Part shown: one piece after another, positions 13,257-25,134 of the stretch
Position numbering within the stretch: position 1 is the stretch's first letter
Layout of the letters: each line of letters begins with the position of its first letter
DNA from: Octopus bimaculoides
Lineage: Eukaryota
Assembly: GCF_001194135.2 (NCBI RefSeq)
Contig: NC_068981.1
Coordinates: 171,368,557 to 171,401,669 of the forward strand
Length of the DNA stretch: 33,113 bases
Direction of reading: 5' to 3'
Notes under the pieces: model-generated
What the model was told of the DNA's origin: nothing
What the model saw: the letters and a program-made list of their open reading frames with translations, nothing else
Database searches by the model: none
Position numbers and translations under genes: made by a program

Positions 13257-13819
13257 TTGTCATGGCCTTCTGATATACGGCAAATGCGTGGTTCACTTCC
13301 CGGGATGCGTCCCTGCCAATGTTTTCAGTCTAAGGATTTATTTAACCGATATGTAACAGCTATTATAAATAGAAACATTTTCATATGAGTAACTTCGTGA
13401 AAATACTTTTGAATATTTTTCTCTTCGTTCTCGTACTTAATATTGCACTTCATTTTCAGAATGCCTTCGTAACCGTGTCTCGGTTGTGGCTACTCCTTCC
13501 CTCATGTTCGATTCAAGATTGATATAGTTAGAAAGTAAACATCTAATGATGTCATTCACCCCGTCATTGACTCCATTTATTCAATCAGATCCAAACACCT
13601 CGAAGACGCATTTTCAACATTTACGTCAGTAATACAACATCTTACTATGAACACTATATTCCAACCAACAAGGAGTATTCTATGCAGTACCCCAATCTTA
13701 TAGAAATAACAATTAACCCTTTCTGAAAACCATTCTGTCAAGGTAGAGCAAATTTGACAATATAGTCCCAGAATCTCCGTGTCTGAAGATAAGATAGAAT
13801 AAATATGGCTGCTAAGACT

Positions 13820-14047
13820 TTAAACCTTTTAATAGTGTGATTATTCTGTCAAATGCAATGCCTATTTATTCCCATGGTTTTGAATTAATCATGCATTATG
13901 TCATAGCTCTGAGATCTTGAGGATGTGATTACCTACTTTTAGACTGACATTGTATAATCAGTGTGAGATCTGGATCTGACCAGTTTTAACATGAAACATG
14001 GAGAATATTTGTGTCTGATAAGATTAGTTTCAATGCTAAAGGGTTAA
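13820..14047. mobile_element. piggyBac-like MITE (TTAA-CCCTTTAGCATT termini)
   Basis: Right end AATGCTAAAGGG-TTAA (14032-14047); degenerate left end TTAA-ACCTTTTAA at 13820. Another TTAACCCTTT lies at 13713-13722 and could be an alternative left end. Confidence 0.65.
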
Positions 14048-14489
14048 TAATGGTCGTGTTCAACCAGGTCGTGATCTGAATTTAAACAAACAATAACAAC
14101 AGTAAAACTATGCTTCACAGTCTTTTCATAGACACATGAAGATCACATGCACACAAAGGTAACAGTAGAATCAATACCATCCGTTCATCACATCACACGT
14201 GTTGCGATTGAATGCACATCCCCGATGAAAACGGCATTATAAAGCAATAGTATACAAACAAAATATGTGTGATATTCAGCAATATGTTCTCTTCTTTCAC
14301 TCTGATACGGAAAAATCCAATTCTGTTCAAAAACAAAAATGCAACTTACATTGGCGAATTTGCCGAATTTTTAAAATGTGCATATATTCTAATCGCTATC
14401 CAAAATCTCAATGATAATAATAATAATGAAAAATAAATAAATAGAAAATAAATATTACCACTACTAGTGGTTATAACATGCTTTATCAT

Positions 14490-14557
<68 letters not shown>

Positions 14558-14667
14558 CAATAAACCACCTGGTATATATAAATATATGTATATACATTAT
14601 ATATATAAGCATACATTTATGCATACAGGCATGCGCATGCATATCTATTTATCTATGTAGATGTGTA

Positions 14668-14740
<73 letters not shown>

Positions 14741-14868
14741 NNNNNNNNNNNNNNNNNNNNNNNNNNNNNNNNNNNNNNNNNNNNNNNNNNNNNNNNNNNN
14801 NNNNNNNNNNNNNNNNNNNNNNNNNNNNNNNNNNNNNNNNNNNNNATATATATATATATATATATATA
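14490..14868. repeat. (TAG)n, (GT)n and (TA)n microsatellites around an N gap
   Basis: Directly visible. Confidence 0.95.
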
Positions 14869-16152
14869 CGTAGTTACACATATTTGTACATATGTCTGCC
14901 CTCCCATACGTTATTCTTCTCCCTTTGTTCATGAAGAAATGTATTCTGAAAGAAGTTCATTGTACAGTGTTTGCTATTTGTGTATTTGAAAAGGATAGCA
15001 ATCAGTAAAGGAATGTATTCATGACACTGTTCAATAAAATTATTAACTTATGAATGAGTATACACAATATGAATATCACAACATTGTAAATCACATCTAG
15101 TATTAATGAGTATATCCTGCTCGTAGATAAAGCAACGTTGAGAGTTGGTGACCAGGTCATAGATGAACGACGAAAGACTTTAAGACCTAATACTATAGTT
15201 TATAGGTATTTTAATAATATATCGATCGATCTAAGAGATAGGCACACATCTACGAACTTTGAGAGGACAGTAAAATCAATTTCGTCAACTCCCGTACATA
15301 AGAAGTGTTTACGTTATCAACCCTGAAAAGATGTAAGACAAAGGTGATGATGGTGGTGTTTAAATCTTCGCTGTAAAAGAACAAAACTAAATAATACAGT
15401 GTCCAACTGCTCATCGATTCTGCATCTCAATGCCCCAGATACGTTAAGAATATACACTACTCATATATTGTTCATAATTTATATTATATGATATTAATAC
15501 ACATTTAGCAAAACTATTATTCTTGCTCTGGTTATCATTTTTATTATTTGCCATTGATCCTTTTGGTGGTGGTAGTGGTGGTGGTGGTGGTGGTGGTGGT
15601 TGTGGGGCCAATGAAATGAAGTACAAATCAAATAACGAGTTTTACGTAGACGAATAAATCTTCCTCACCAAAATTACTAGCTTTGTGTCTAAATTATCAT
15701 TATCCTTATTATAAAATAATTGTTTCTTGATATGTATTGTATTTACATATTATCCAACGGCCCTCACCCAGACACCTAAAGTAGATAACAAATATCATGT
15801 TCGTAATATGTTTCATAATTATATGATGTCGAGAAGTGCTAGGATTGGATAAATTTTAGAAAAACGTGTACACGTGAGCACTCGATAAAATTCTATAGAA
15901 CTATGAATTTTAACGTGATTTACTATTATTACTATTACATTGCTCAACATTTGGTAGTTTCAGACAAATTTCGACTGCACACCTTCTACACTTCCATGTT
16001 GCGGAAGTGTGTGCAGTGTTGTATGTGTGCGTGTGTGTGTGTGTTTTTGTGGGGGGGGGGAAGTGTACAGACGTTTCCTGATATCGTGTTGCGTGAGTTT
16101 CTTTTTTTCAATGTGGTATGGTGCGGTCTTTTATTGTATTAATATTTGTATT

Positions 16153-17875
16153 GGGTCGTTCCATGCGAAATCAACTCAGGTGCAGGTGACCGAAACCGAT
16201 TTCTTTCAAACTTTACATGCTCAATGGCCGTCATATGAAACATTTAAAGATGGCATATCATTTACCTGACTCTAATATTTGCTGAGTTACAACCATTTGA
16301 AATTTTCAAAGAAGTGACATTTTTTTGGTTACTTAAAATCTTTGAGAACCCATATCTCAGCTATTTTTTTAGCTAGAAAGCTCAATGTTTTTTTTATTTT
16401 AAAGCATTTAAATAGATCTACAACGTATGATTTGACTTTTTTTCCTTACACTAAAAAAATGGACCTAAAATTTGACTTTTGACCTTTCATAGGTCAAAAG
16501 ACGCAGTCATCGATTTTTTGTAATTTTCTCCAAATATTGCCCTACTTAGTTACAACTCACATACAAAAACCCATACTGGGATCTGAGTGGGAACTGTAGT
16601 TATAAGATCTCCTATTAACTATGGTTGATATTATACAGCCTAATTAAATTACTTAATTTTTTTTCAGATTATATATATATGACCATTTTAGTTAATTCTT
16701 GGTTACAGATGGATGCAAAAGAAAGATTTTTTAGCTAAGCAAGAAAAGTGTCGTGACCCATTTTAAAAGCATAAAGCACCGGTGGAAAAGGGTTTAAGTA
16801 CAATAGCAGCAGATTTTGCAGCAAAATATCCTAAAGCAAGCTTAATTCCTGGAGACAAAATATGTGACTCTTGCAGAAAAGAAATTTGCCCACATATCAA
16901 ATTGAACCATCATCAGAAGATATGAGAGGTTGTACATCAACTACCACTGAAGCGGCTTCTTCATCCACAGATGTCTTCGTATCAGAAAATGCAGAATTAG
17001 AGATCTTCAACAATGCTCTGTCTGAAACTGAAGAACTTTCAATAAAAAAAACAAAGATAGATACAACCATCATATACGTTGAGGAAACAAAAATCAAAAC
17101 TGCTTTTGCTTAAAAGATGCAAATCGCTTCACATAGAAGGGAAGTCGGTGAATCATCAAAGAACTTAAAGATCATCTCCCTGAAAGCGAAATAATAAAAG
17201 AAAAATTCACAACAACAGAAAAAATATCAGACAATTTTATATAAACTCACACAATTCTTCCAAAAACCTTGTCTGAGTAAAATCCAAAAGGGGTTCAATG
17301 TGCCTGATTACCTGACTAGACAAGCTAAAAGGCTGGTCAATGAGCAAGGAATTTTATCATAACCTGGCCCTAGAAAAAGCGCATTTCCTCAAGAAATTGC
17401 CAATTGTGTTCTCACTTTTATAAAAATGAAGTAAGCAGAGTTATGCTAGGAGAAAGTATTACAAATGGGTAAAAGAAGATGGTACCTCATACCTTGTAAC
17501 TTAAAGGAAGCCTTCCAATTGTTTAAAGCAAAAAACCTAAAATCAAAATTAGTTTATCAAAACTTTCAGAGTTAAAACCAAAAGAATGCATACATGCAGG
17601 TAGTTCTGGTAAACATAATGTATGTGTATTCACCATTCATCAGAATGTCAAACTGATGATTTCTGGCATGAAACTATCTGATTTAACCAAGGATATGAAG
17701 TTTCACTTGAATTATTATAAACAATGTTTGGAATCAATTACTAGCAACCCAACAACAAACGAATGCCACATGGGAAACTGTTCAAATTGTAATTCTTTGC
17801 TAGAAGAGCTTGAAAAACTCTTCTATGAAACGTTTAATGTGAATATGATTGATGAAGTACAATATAAGCAATGGC
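16153..17875 (+). mobile_element. Decayed DNA transposon (Sola2-like): left terminus plus N-terminal half of transposase
   Basis: Terminus GGGTCGTTCCATGCGAAATCAAC. Plus-strand motifs: KCRDPF*KHKAPVEKGLSTI...LIPGDKICDSCRKEI; NVPDYLTRQAKRLVNEQGILS; CNLKEAFQLFK...KISLSKLSELKPKECIHAGSSGKHNVCVFTIHQNVKLMI...ECHMGNCSNC...EVQYKQW. Multiple stops and frameshifts. The Sola2 assignment is recalled and unverified. Confidence 0.7.
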
Positions 17876-18335
17876 ACTTCCCTAATTGAGATGACTAGTT
17901 CTGCCTGATTTGGACAGACTACTGTTTGTTTCAGTTCTTTCAACCATTCAGCATCACTCCTTGTCTTTGCTCCAGATGTCACTCCAAAACCTTTGACTTT
18001 CATTGTTATCTGGCATCAACTTTTCATCTGTACACTCTGCATTTATTTCTTTATAGAATCTCTTCTGATCCACTCCGAATAACCTATTCTGGTGGTTACC
18101 CTTCATCTTTGGTCGTATCTTACCATCTTTGCTGTCAAAGACAGCAAAGATGGTAAGATACGACCAACGAAGCGCTGTTTCAGTTCCTCCATTACCACTT
18201 TTGAGGCCCTTTCTTTCAATATTATCCTTTCTTTTCAGTGCCCTGTATTTTTGTTCGCTTTTAAGCTCCCCTTTCTCTTTTCGGTCTAACACAGAAATGT
18301 CCTTCGAGAGCATATCTAACCCTGCCTGTATTCAT
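17872..18335 (-). mobile_element. R4/Dong-type (RLE) non-LTR retrotransposon fragment, pre-RT region
   Basis: LSKDISVLDRKEKGELKSEQKY...QNRLFGVDQKRFYKEINAE...MPDNNESQRFWSDIWSK...DAEWLKELK matches the conserved QNRLF..DQK.FY..PD.EE...FWS.IWS...HN..AEWL block of R4-clade ORFs. Confidence 0.85.
18109..18167. repeat. Perfect inverted repeat, 28-bp arms, 3-nt loop
   Basis: TTGGTCGTATCTTACCATCTTTGCTGTC-AAA-GACAGCAAAGATGGTAAGATACGACCAA. Confidence 0.97.
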
Positions 18336-18542
18336 CTTTTCCACAATGGATTTTTTTTACGTGACTCCTATTATATTTTTTCTTCATATCAACACCCACG
18401 TTTTTATTATTATTATTATTATTATTNNNNNNNNNNTGGTGGTGGTGGTGGTAGTAGTGGTGGTGGTGGTGGTGGTGGTGGTGGTGGTGGTGTTATTATT
18501 ATTATTATCATCATCATCATCATCATCATCATCATTATTATT

Positions 18543-18790
18543 GCTGAGTGACACGGGTACAAATATACGAAGCTCAATATACCCACCATGACCCGTCTGA
18601 TAAGGGTATACCAGGCACATGCATCACAACCATATGGGCGCGACATAGTGATCTCATATCAAGATAGACAGCGCATGACCTTACAGGTGGGGTCGAATTA
18701 TTCAAAACCCAATGAATCCCTCTCAACAAATGGCTATATTACCCACCCCTGCTACTCCTACTCGTGATCAGATTCTCTGATACAGAATGC
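18543..18790 (-). mobile_element. 3' UTR fragment of a non-LTR retroelement ending in an AAT/GAT repeat tail
   Basis: Minus strand ...CCCCACCTGTAAGGTCATGCGCTGTCTATCTTGATATGAGATCAC...GTGTCACTCAGC runs directly into AATAATAATGATGAT repeats. Recalled as a common octopus LINE 3' end; not verified. Confidence 0.55.
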
Positions 18791-18799
18791 TGTGATAAA

Positions 18800-19570
18800 A
18801 CAGTGGCAAGCAAGGCCCCTGCATGGACAGTACTAGGAACATCTAAACACGGAAGAAAAAAAATAAAATGTATCCCAACACTTACCGAGATGTGTACGAT
18901 TCAATGCAGTGACAGAAGGTTTCTTGATGGCGGCGACACAAGACTAAAGCCTCCACACCAGGAGGTGCCAAAGATAAATAATGAAGCAGTATTATTGCAA
19001 ATAAGTGCAGAGTATCTGGAGACGGAGTAGAAACAACTAAACATATGGTCTCTGACTGCCCAGTCTTAGCGTTCAGACAATACATTCCTAAACATGACAC
19101 TGGAGGTTATGGTGGCACAATGAAATACTAACAGAAAAGAGATGGTGTTGACATGCTCCAAAAACAGGTTTCCGAGAATGGCAAGATAACTATATTGCGA
19201 TGTTCCAATATCCACAGACAGAGAAGACATGGCTAATCAAACAAATACTGTTGTCAATGACCACCAGCAAAAGAAAAGAATCGTCATCGACAGATCAATC
19301 TCAACAGAAGAAAATCTATCTCTAAAAGAAATAGAGAAATTTGCCAAATATAGATCCGGAAATACAGATAACCTGCAATTAACGTCTGAAAAATAATTCC
19401 CTACAATGATAAATGTTTGGGAAATTATCAAATAATATTCAAACAAATGCATAACCGAGACCCCAGCATTCCATATATTCATAGCACACTTCTTACATAG
19501 CGTACTTTGAGTCAATGTTTTTAAAAAATCACAATATAATTCTGCGCTCATACTGAACATCTTGCTCGTA
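18800..19570 (+). mobile_element. R4/Dong-type non-LTR fragment: RT C-terminus, CCHC knuckle and restriction-like endonuclease
   Basis: With frameshifts: WQARPLHGQY; TEGFLMAA.QD.SLHTR; KCRVSGDGVETTKHMVSDCPVLAFRQYIPKHD; HAPKT..ENGKITIL; ANQTNTVVNDHQQKKRIVIDRSISTEENLSLKEIEKFAKY (degenerate PD..D..K RLE). Confidence 0.8.
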
Positions 19571-19703
19571 TATTGAACATCTGCAATAATTCAAACGGAA
19601 GAGTGTTTGTCTAAACCAGATAGAACGTTATTATATTTCTATTAGACACATACACACGCACAAATATAGACACGCTCACACATATACACATATACACGTA
19701 TAT

Positions 19704-19742
<39 letters not shown>

Positions 19743-20274
19743 AACAACCACACACGCACATACAAATCTAAGTATATATATGTAGATAGGCAGGTAGATT
19801 CATAAAAAGATAGATATACACATATATGTACATACATACACATAGATTACGTATACCTAGATATAGATGTGTGTATGTGTGTGCTTATACGCGGGTGCGC
19901 TCGAGCGTGTATGTACGTCTATAATACTTTTCATGTGTTCCATCTGAAATCGATGTGATGACAATGAAAATAAAAAGACGCATTATTAGTGAAAAAAATA
20001 TTAAATTTTTCATCCTTTTATTTTGGAGATATCAGACACCTGAATCGTCTGACAAATGAAGGTGCAAAAGTTTGATTTTTTTTTATCTTTCATTGTTTCT
20101 TTTAGATATATTATTTTAATTGTACTGTATAGCTTTTTACAACGGTTCAGACATACGCTCTGTAATCATTTCTTTTTCTTTCATCGAAATCGACCGAAAA
20201 AAAGATAACACTTGAAATTTTACTTTTATTTATGAACATTGTTATCGTTGTGTATAATATATGCAACCTATATA

Positions 20275-20354
20275 TATGTATGTATATATATATATATATA
20301 TATATATACATGTGTAAGCCGTATGTGAATGAATATATATATATGCACACACAT

Positions 20355-20404
<50 letters not shown>

Positions 20405-20695
20405 GTGAGTACACGCGTGCGAGTGTGTGCGCGTGTGTGTGTGCGAGTGTGTGCGCGTGTGTGTGTGCGCGTGCATAGTTTCATTTTATCAGAAACACAC
20501 AGATACGGTATTTTTAATATTCAATAATCATTAACTTCTTAATGTATTGTGATGAAAGTCTTTCAGTATGATACATGTGACTGATATATATGAATATGCA
20601 TATATTTATGTATACCATACATACATACATACATACATGCATACATACATAAATACATACATACATACATAAATGCATACATACATACATACAGA
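20275..20695. repeat. Compound (TA)/(CA)/(GT,GC) and (CATA)n microsatellites
   Basis: Directly visible blocks at about 20275-20470 and 20610-20695. Confidence 0.9.
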
Positions 20696-21497
20696 TATTT
20701 AAAGGGTGAATTGGTGGAACTCTTTGTTCCCAAACATAGAGAAAAGTACGCAATACATCTCAACGCATCTCATTTTCTTCACCCAATTATTTTTGTGATG
20801 GTCGTAGAAGCAGAGTCCTCGCAGAGTCCTCAAAGAGTCCTGTGAGAAGCAGCCTGTGTGAAGCAACCGTCTTTAATTGATCCAGCTTGACCCTCAACCG
20901 ATATCAGCGAAGATCATGGAGAAAATTGCCAAATTGGTGACTGACGAGAATAAGACCAACAAAAACTGATGGCAATATGATTAAAGACAGGAAAAGCGTT
21001 CACAAAGCATTAGCTTGCATATATAATTAGAAATGTAAGCTTCATACAAATTTTCCCTGTCATAAAATGTGTTAGCTTCCGCTTGAATACTCAGGCTTTC
21101 TCGAAATCAGAGCAGTAATATCCAGATTCAAAATCGTGTATTTAGCTTTTCAAATATATTGTATACACAATACAGTAATTTAAGTATTGTATACATTCAA
21201 TTGTTGTATACACTCTCATTATTTACGTACATTGAAGATTTTGCATTTCAGTGTTTACTCACGCATACGCATGCGCATAATCTCAAACACGCGCGCCTAC
21301 ACATGCATACCTACATTTATGCGCGCGCACGTACATACACCTGCGCATACACACACACACACACGCACACACTCAGACACACGCACACACTCACATACAC
21401 GCACACACGCACACACACGCACACACGCACACACACGCACACACGCACACACACATACGTACACAAACACATGCATGCAATCATAGAGATTTCTTAG

Positions 21498-21812
21498 GGA
21501 AACTGAGTTGGCGGAAATTACTTGGAAGCCAGTGGGATTGGCTGCACTTGCAATTAAAAAGGCCAACATTGAACCCGCACTGTCATACTCATTCTGCACG
21601 TACTTCAAAGCTACAAGCCTTTGCAGAATGCTCAGCAGCATGAAATATAATTTAATGGATAATAATCAGTTCCGTCAGAAGGAAACTTGTCGTCAAATCA
21701 GATGGTTCCGTATAAATTGCGTTGAATCCCCTTGGTCGGAGTGTAGCATTCACTTTGAATGCACGTTAATTCATTGCGTACATAGTTCATTGGAACAATA
21801 CTCTGAACGTTG
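21498..21812 (+). CDS. Candidate internal coding exon, product unknown
   Basis: Preceded by ATTTCTTAG and followed by GTAAG. Length 315 nt (a multiple of 3, phase 2-2), stop-free: [37 protein letters not shown]...LEQYSER. No family recognised. Confidence 0.3.
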
Positions 21813-21911
21813 GTAAGACGATGTCGACGGTAGAGTCCATTATATGCGTGTGTATGCGTGCATCTAAAATTATATGCATATGCATATGCATATATGTGTG
21901 TATGTGTGTGC

Positions 21912-21916
21912 CTCTC

Positions 21917-21964
<48 letters not shown>

Positions 21965-22095
21965 TCNNNNNNNNNNTCTCTCTCTCTCCCGCTCTCTCTC
22001 CCTCCCTCTCTCTCCCTCTATCTCTCTCTCACTCTCTCTCTCCCTCTCTCTCTCTCTCTCCCTCTCCCTCTCTCTCTCTCTCTCTCTTTATCTAT
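21912..22095. repeat. (CT)n polypyrimidine microsatellite
   Basis: Directly visible, interrupted by 10 N. Confidence 0.95.
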
Positions 22096-22111
22096 CTCTT
22101 CTTTCGCACAC

Positions 22112-23470
22112 ATACATACATTTCGTTTTAGTGCTGTTCATTTTAAGGTCTACTGATAAGCTATGATTGCCCAGCTCAACATGGTCTGAAGCTGGTGTGT
22201 GTTTTTAGTGATGAGTACTATGTCGTCTGCGAATCGGAGGAGTGTTGGTTGTTCGCCATTCATGTTCGCACCTCGTGTCCAGTCAATGTTCGGTTGATTA
22301 TTTCTAGACATGCGGTAAAGAGCTTTGGAGAGACAGTGTCTCCTTTCTTAACACCCTTCCCAATTGGAACCTTTACTGGTGATGATACCAGAGATATATC
22401 TATTGAGCGTTCAGAGTCTGCATCTATGTGAAGTTTAATCTATTGTATCTCAACATCTTATATTTCCAGGGATTTCAACACTACCATCATCTCGACAATA
22501 CTAAAAGTCTTTTCGTAATCGACAAAAGCGGTGCACAAAGGAAACCTGTATTCATCCGGTCGTTCTATGAGCTGTGTTACAGTGTATATGTGGTCTGTCG
22601 TGCTATAGTGCTGACACTCGGCTGTTAGTCGTCGAGGTGTTTCGATAGTTTGGTGATTATGAACTTATTAAAAAGTTTATAGAAATGAGACAGGAGGCAT
22701 ATGGAGTGATAGTTCTTTAAATCTTTATCACCCTTCTTATGAGGTAGGATGATATTTGACTCCTTCAGATATCGATTGAACTGTAGAACGAGGATTTTCA
22801 CTTCCTCATCTCAACATCTCTGTTATGATGCCATATTTTCCAGAAGCGTTGTCTGTTTTCATGTTTGGGAGCATTTTCAATTTCACTGATCAGAGTAGGG
22901 GGAACGTTTTTAATGTTTGTGATGGTCGAAGATCGAGTTTTACTGATGATCTAAATGTTTGGTAGCAGGTTTTGCATACCTCTTCCGATTCCCCTTTGTC
23001 TGCCGCCGTGAGCCCATCTTTAATTTTAAGCTCCATCACCTCTGGAATACCAAACCTCTCCAGCATCTTTTCAAGTTCTCTTTTCCTCTGCAGCTGTATC
23101 AATTTCTTCAGTCTATGATTTTCGAAGTCATTTCTTAGACACCTGATCGTTTTGCAGAGAATGGAATACTCGAGGTGATCTTTCATGTTCCACTTCAGAG
23201 TTTACCGTTTTTATAGCATTTTCTTTGTCTTTTCCGAGATTCTTCCACCTGGTTGCCGCTGACTTGCAGTCCTTGTTTTCTATGAGCAACTTTTAATTTT
23301 CTAGGCCAGCAAATTTTAATTCTTTTTTTTTTTTTCTGATAATATTTCAGGATGTGTTCCGAAGAGACTGCCACCATTTTATTAATAACTTGTTCACTAC
23401 GAAACCTTTTTTCCTTAACTCGAAGCGTATTGTCAAGTCGGAAGCATTCTTTATAACTTTCAACCATTAC
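22112..23470 (-). mobile_element. RTE-clade LINE remnant (reverse transcriptase domains)
   Basis: Minus strand: HLEYSILCKTIR; IILPHKKGDKDLKNYHSICLLSHFYKLF; STTDHIYTVTQLIER.DEYRFPLCTAFVDYEKTF; IGKGVKKGDTVSPKLFTACLE; LLRFADDIVLI (FADD at 22222-22233); LQTML...LKMNSTKTKCM. Many stops and frameshifts. Confidence 0.88.
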
Positions 23471-23592
23471 AGGCGCAGGTGTGACTGTGTGATAAGAGGT
23501 ACAGTTCCAGTCACATGGTCCCAAGTTCAGTCTCACTGTGTGACACCATGCGCAAGTGCCTTCTACTATAGCCTTGAGCCAACCAGAGCCCT
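23471..23592 (+). mobile_element. Diverged SINE 5' part (29268 family)
   Basis: AGGCGCAGGTGTGACTGTGTGATAAG...CAAGTTCAGTCTCACTG...GCAAGTGCCTTCTACTATAGCCTTGAGCCAACCAGAGCC aligns to 29268-29390. Confidence 0.8.
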
Positions 23593-23700
23593 AATTATTA
23601 ATACTCGCAGTTAAGTAATTCAAGAATGCATTTGTGACTCACTAAATAGTCTTGTTTCTCTGAATCATTATTAATTGACAGAAATTTTATTTAAACAATA

Positions 23701-23904
23701 CAGTAATCCTCGACTATCGCGGGTGTTACTTTACAGAACCTCCCACAGAAATAATTAAAATATAAACAAATATAAATATCTATCGGCCGCAGAAACCCGG
23801 ATATACTGAGGAGTCTGTGATATAAATTTATATACATTAGCCAGAAAAATCCGCGATGTACTGAGTGCGCGATAGGCGAACCGCGATATGGCGAGAGATT
23901 ACTG
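23701..23904. mobile_element. Tigger/pogo-like MITE with TA TSD
   Basis: TA-CAGTAATCCTCGACTATCGCGG at the left end; CCGCGATATGGCGAGAGATTACTG-TA at the right end (reverse complement CAGTAATCTCTCGCCATATCGCGG). Confidence 0.85.
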
Positions 23905-24854
23905 TAGCGTGTTCTTGGACAGACGTTTCAGTACTAATGATCTCAAAGTAATATTACAAAATTAATCAGAAATATTATGAAGATGAATATTATCAAAATT
24001 ACTGGTTGTTTTACTATTTATAATTCCATTATAGGCTTGACGTGTTACGATGGAACAGCAGTGTTATTGGACTAAGAATCAATTAACGCTGCTTGATTAC
24101 AACAACATTAAGACATTATTGGTTATCTTCAGCATGTAGACACGTCACTATTGCATATGATTTCAACTCTACCTATATAGTTTATCAGGTGTCAAATGAA
24201 AATTCATTAGCTCTAACTTTGCCACGCTATCACGTGTCTATGCTCTTTAAGTAGTTCAGCTGTCAAATAATTATATCAATCATGAATCCTTCATTTATAT
24301 TTTCATCTGCAACCTCAACCTCATCAATTTCATTATTTCTTCTGAAGTTTTAAAACATTTTCTGCAAATTCAAAATAATCAATTCTTCTGTGTTCCCTTC
24401 ATTAGTACTTTCTCTATTTCTCTGTATCCTTGTCAAAACTTTCACTGAAACCTTTTGGATAATTTAAAAATCAAAACAACAAATTTCTCTTTTTGCTTTT
24501 TACTGCAAATTTGCGAGGTTCGCTGCAATGGCCCTCATCAAGTGCACTGCCAAATTTCATAGCAAAACCATAACTTAAACCATCTCGTAGTGTTGGTGAT
24601 TTAATTTTTTCCGGATATCAGCTGTACAGCAAAACATATTTCCCATTAAGTTAATATTTTATTGGTACTTTACACCTTATGAAGAAGAAACCATAGAAAC
24701 TACACAATATAAAAATGGAACTATTACTCTATAGTGCACCAGTACATCTAAAATCCACCAAGTGTATGGAATAAGTAAATTATGTTGAGTCAAAACTTTT
24801 ACAATATTTTAGTGAACTTATTTACTTTATTCATCAAGTTACAACGAAAGCAAC

Positions 24855-25130
24855 CAAGTATTCAAAGCAGAGGCCATCCTATTGCATCATCTGAAGCCAG
24901 CTTTCTTCTAGTTCTCTGATTTCACTCGGATGCCAGTTCTTGTTCTTCGAGGCGAAGAACTCCTTCACCGAAGCTTCCACCTCCTCTTGGTTGATGAAGC
25001 GTTACGACCACAGGAAGTGAATCATAGATTAGAACGAGTAATAATCCGAACAAGTTAGGTCTCAACGTCTGATGGAATTATGAAGAGATAATTCACTACG
25101 AGTTTGTTCCGGATGGTCGAACGATCGACG
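24855..25130. mobile_element. Rearranged mariner remnant (C-terminus on minus, mid-domain piece on plus)
   Basis: Minus 25063-24855: DLTCSDYYSF*SMIHFL...RFINQEEVEASVKEFFASKNKNW...DGLCFEY. Plus 25066-25130: V*WNYEEIIHYEFVPDGRTID (WWxxxGxIHxE motif). Confidence 0.75.
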
Positions 25131-25134
25131 GCTG

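Noticed and set aside
17650-17680. CTGATGA-N10-GAAAC hammerhead-like spacing
   Set aside because: There is no stem II pairing, and the sequence is explained as transposase codons (KLMISGMKL).
20810-20841. GCAGAGTCCTC x2.9 short tandem repeat and a nearby weak mariner-like peptide (20890-20940)
   Set aside because: Too short to support any assignment.
24240-24620. Acidic, transposase-C-terminus-like reading on the minus strand
   Set aside because: No diagnostic motif could be recovered.
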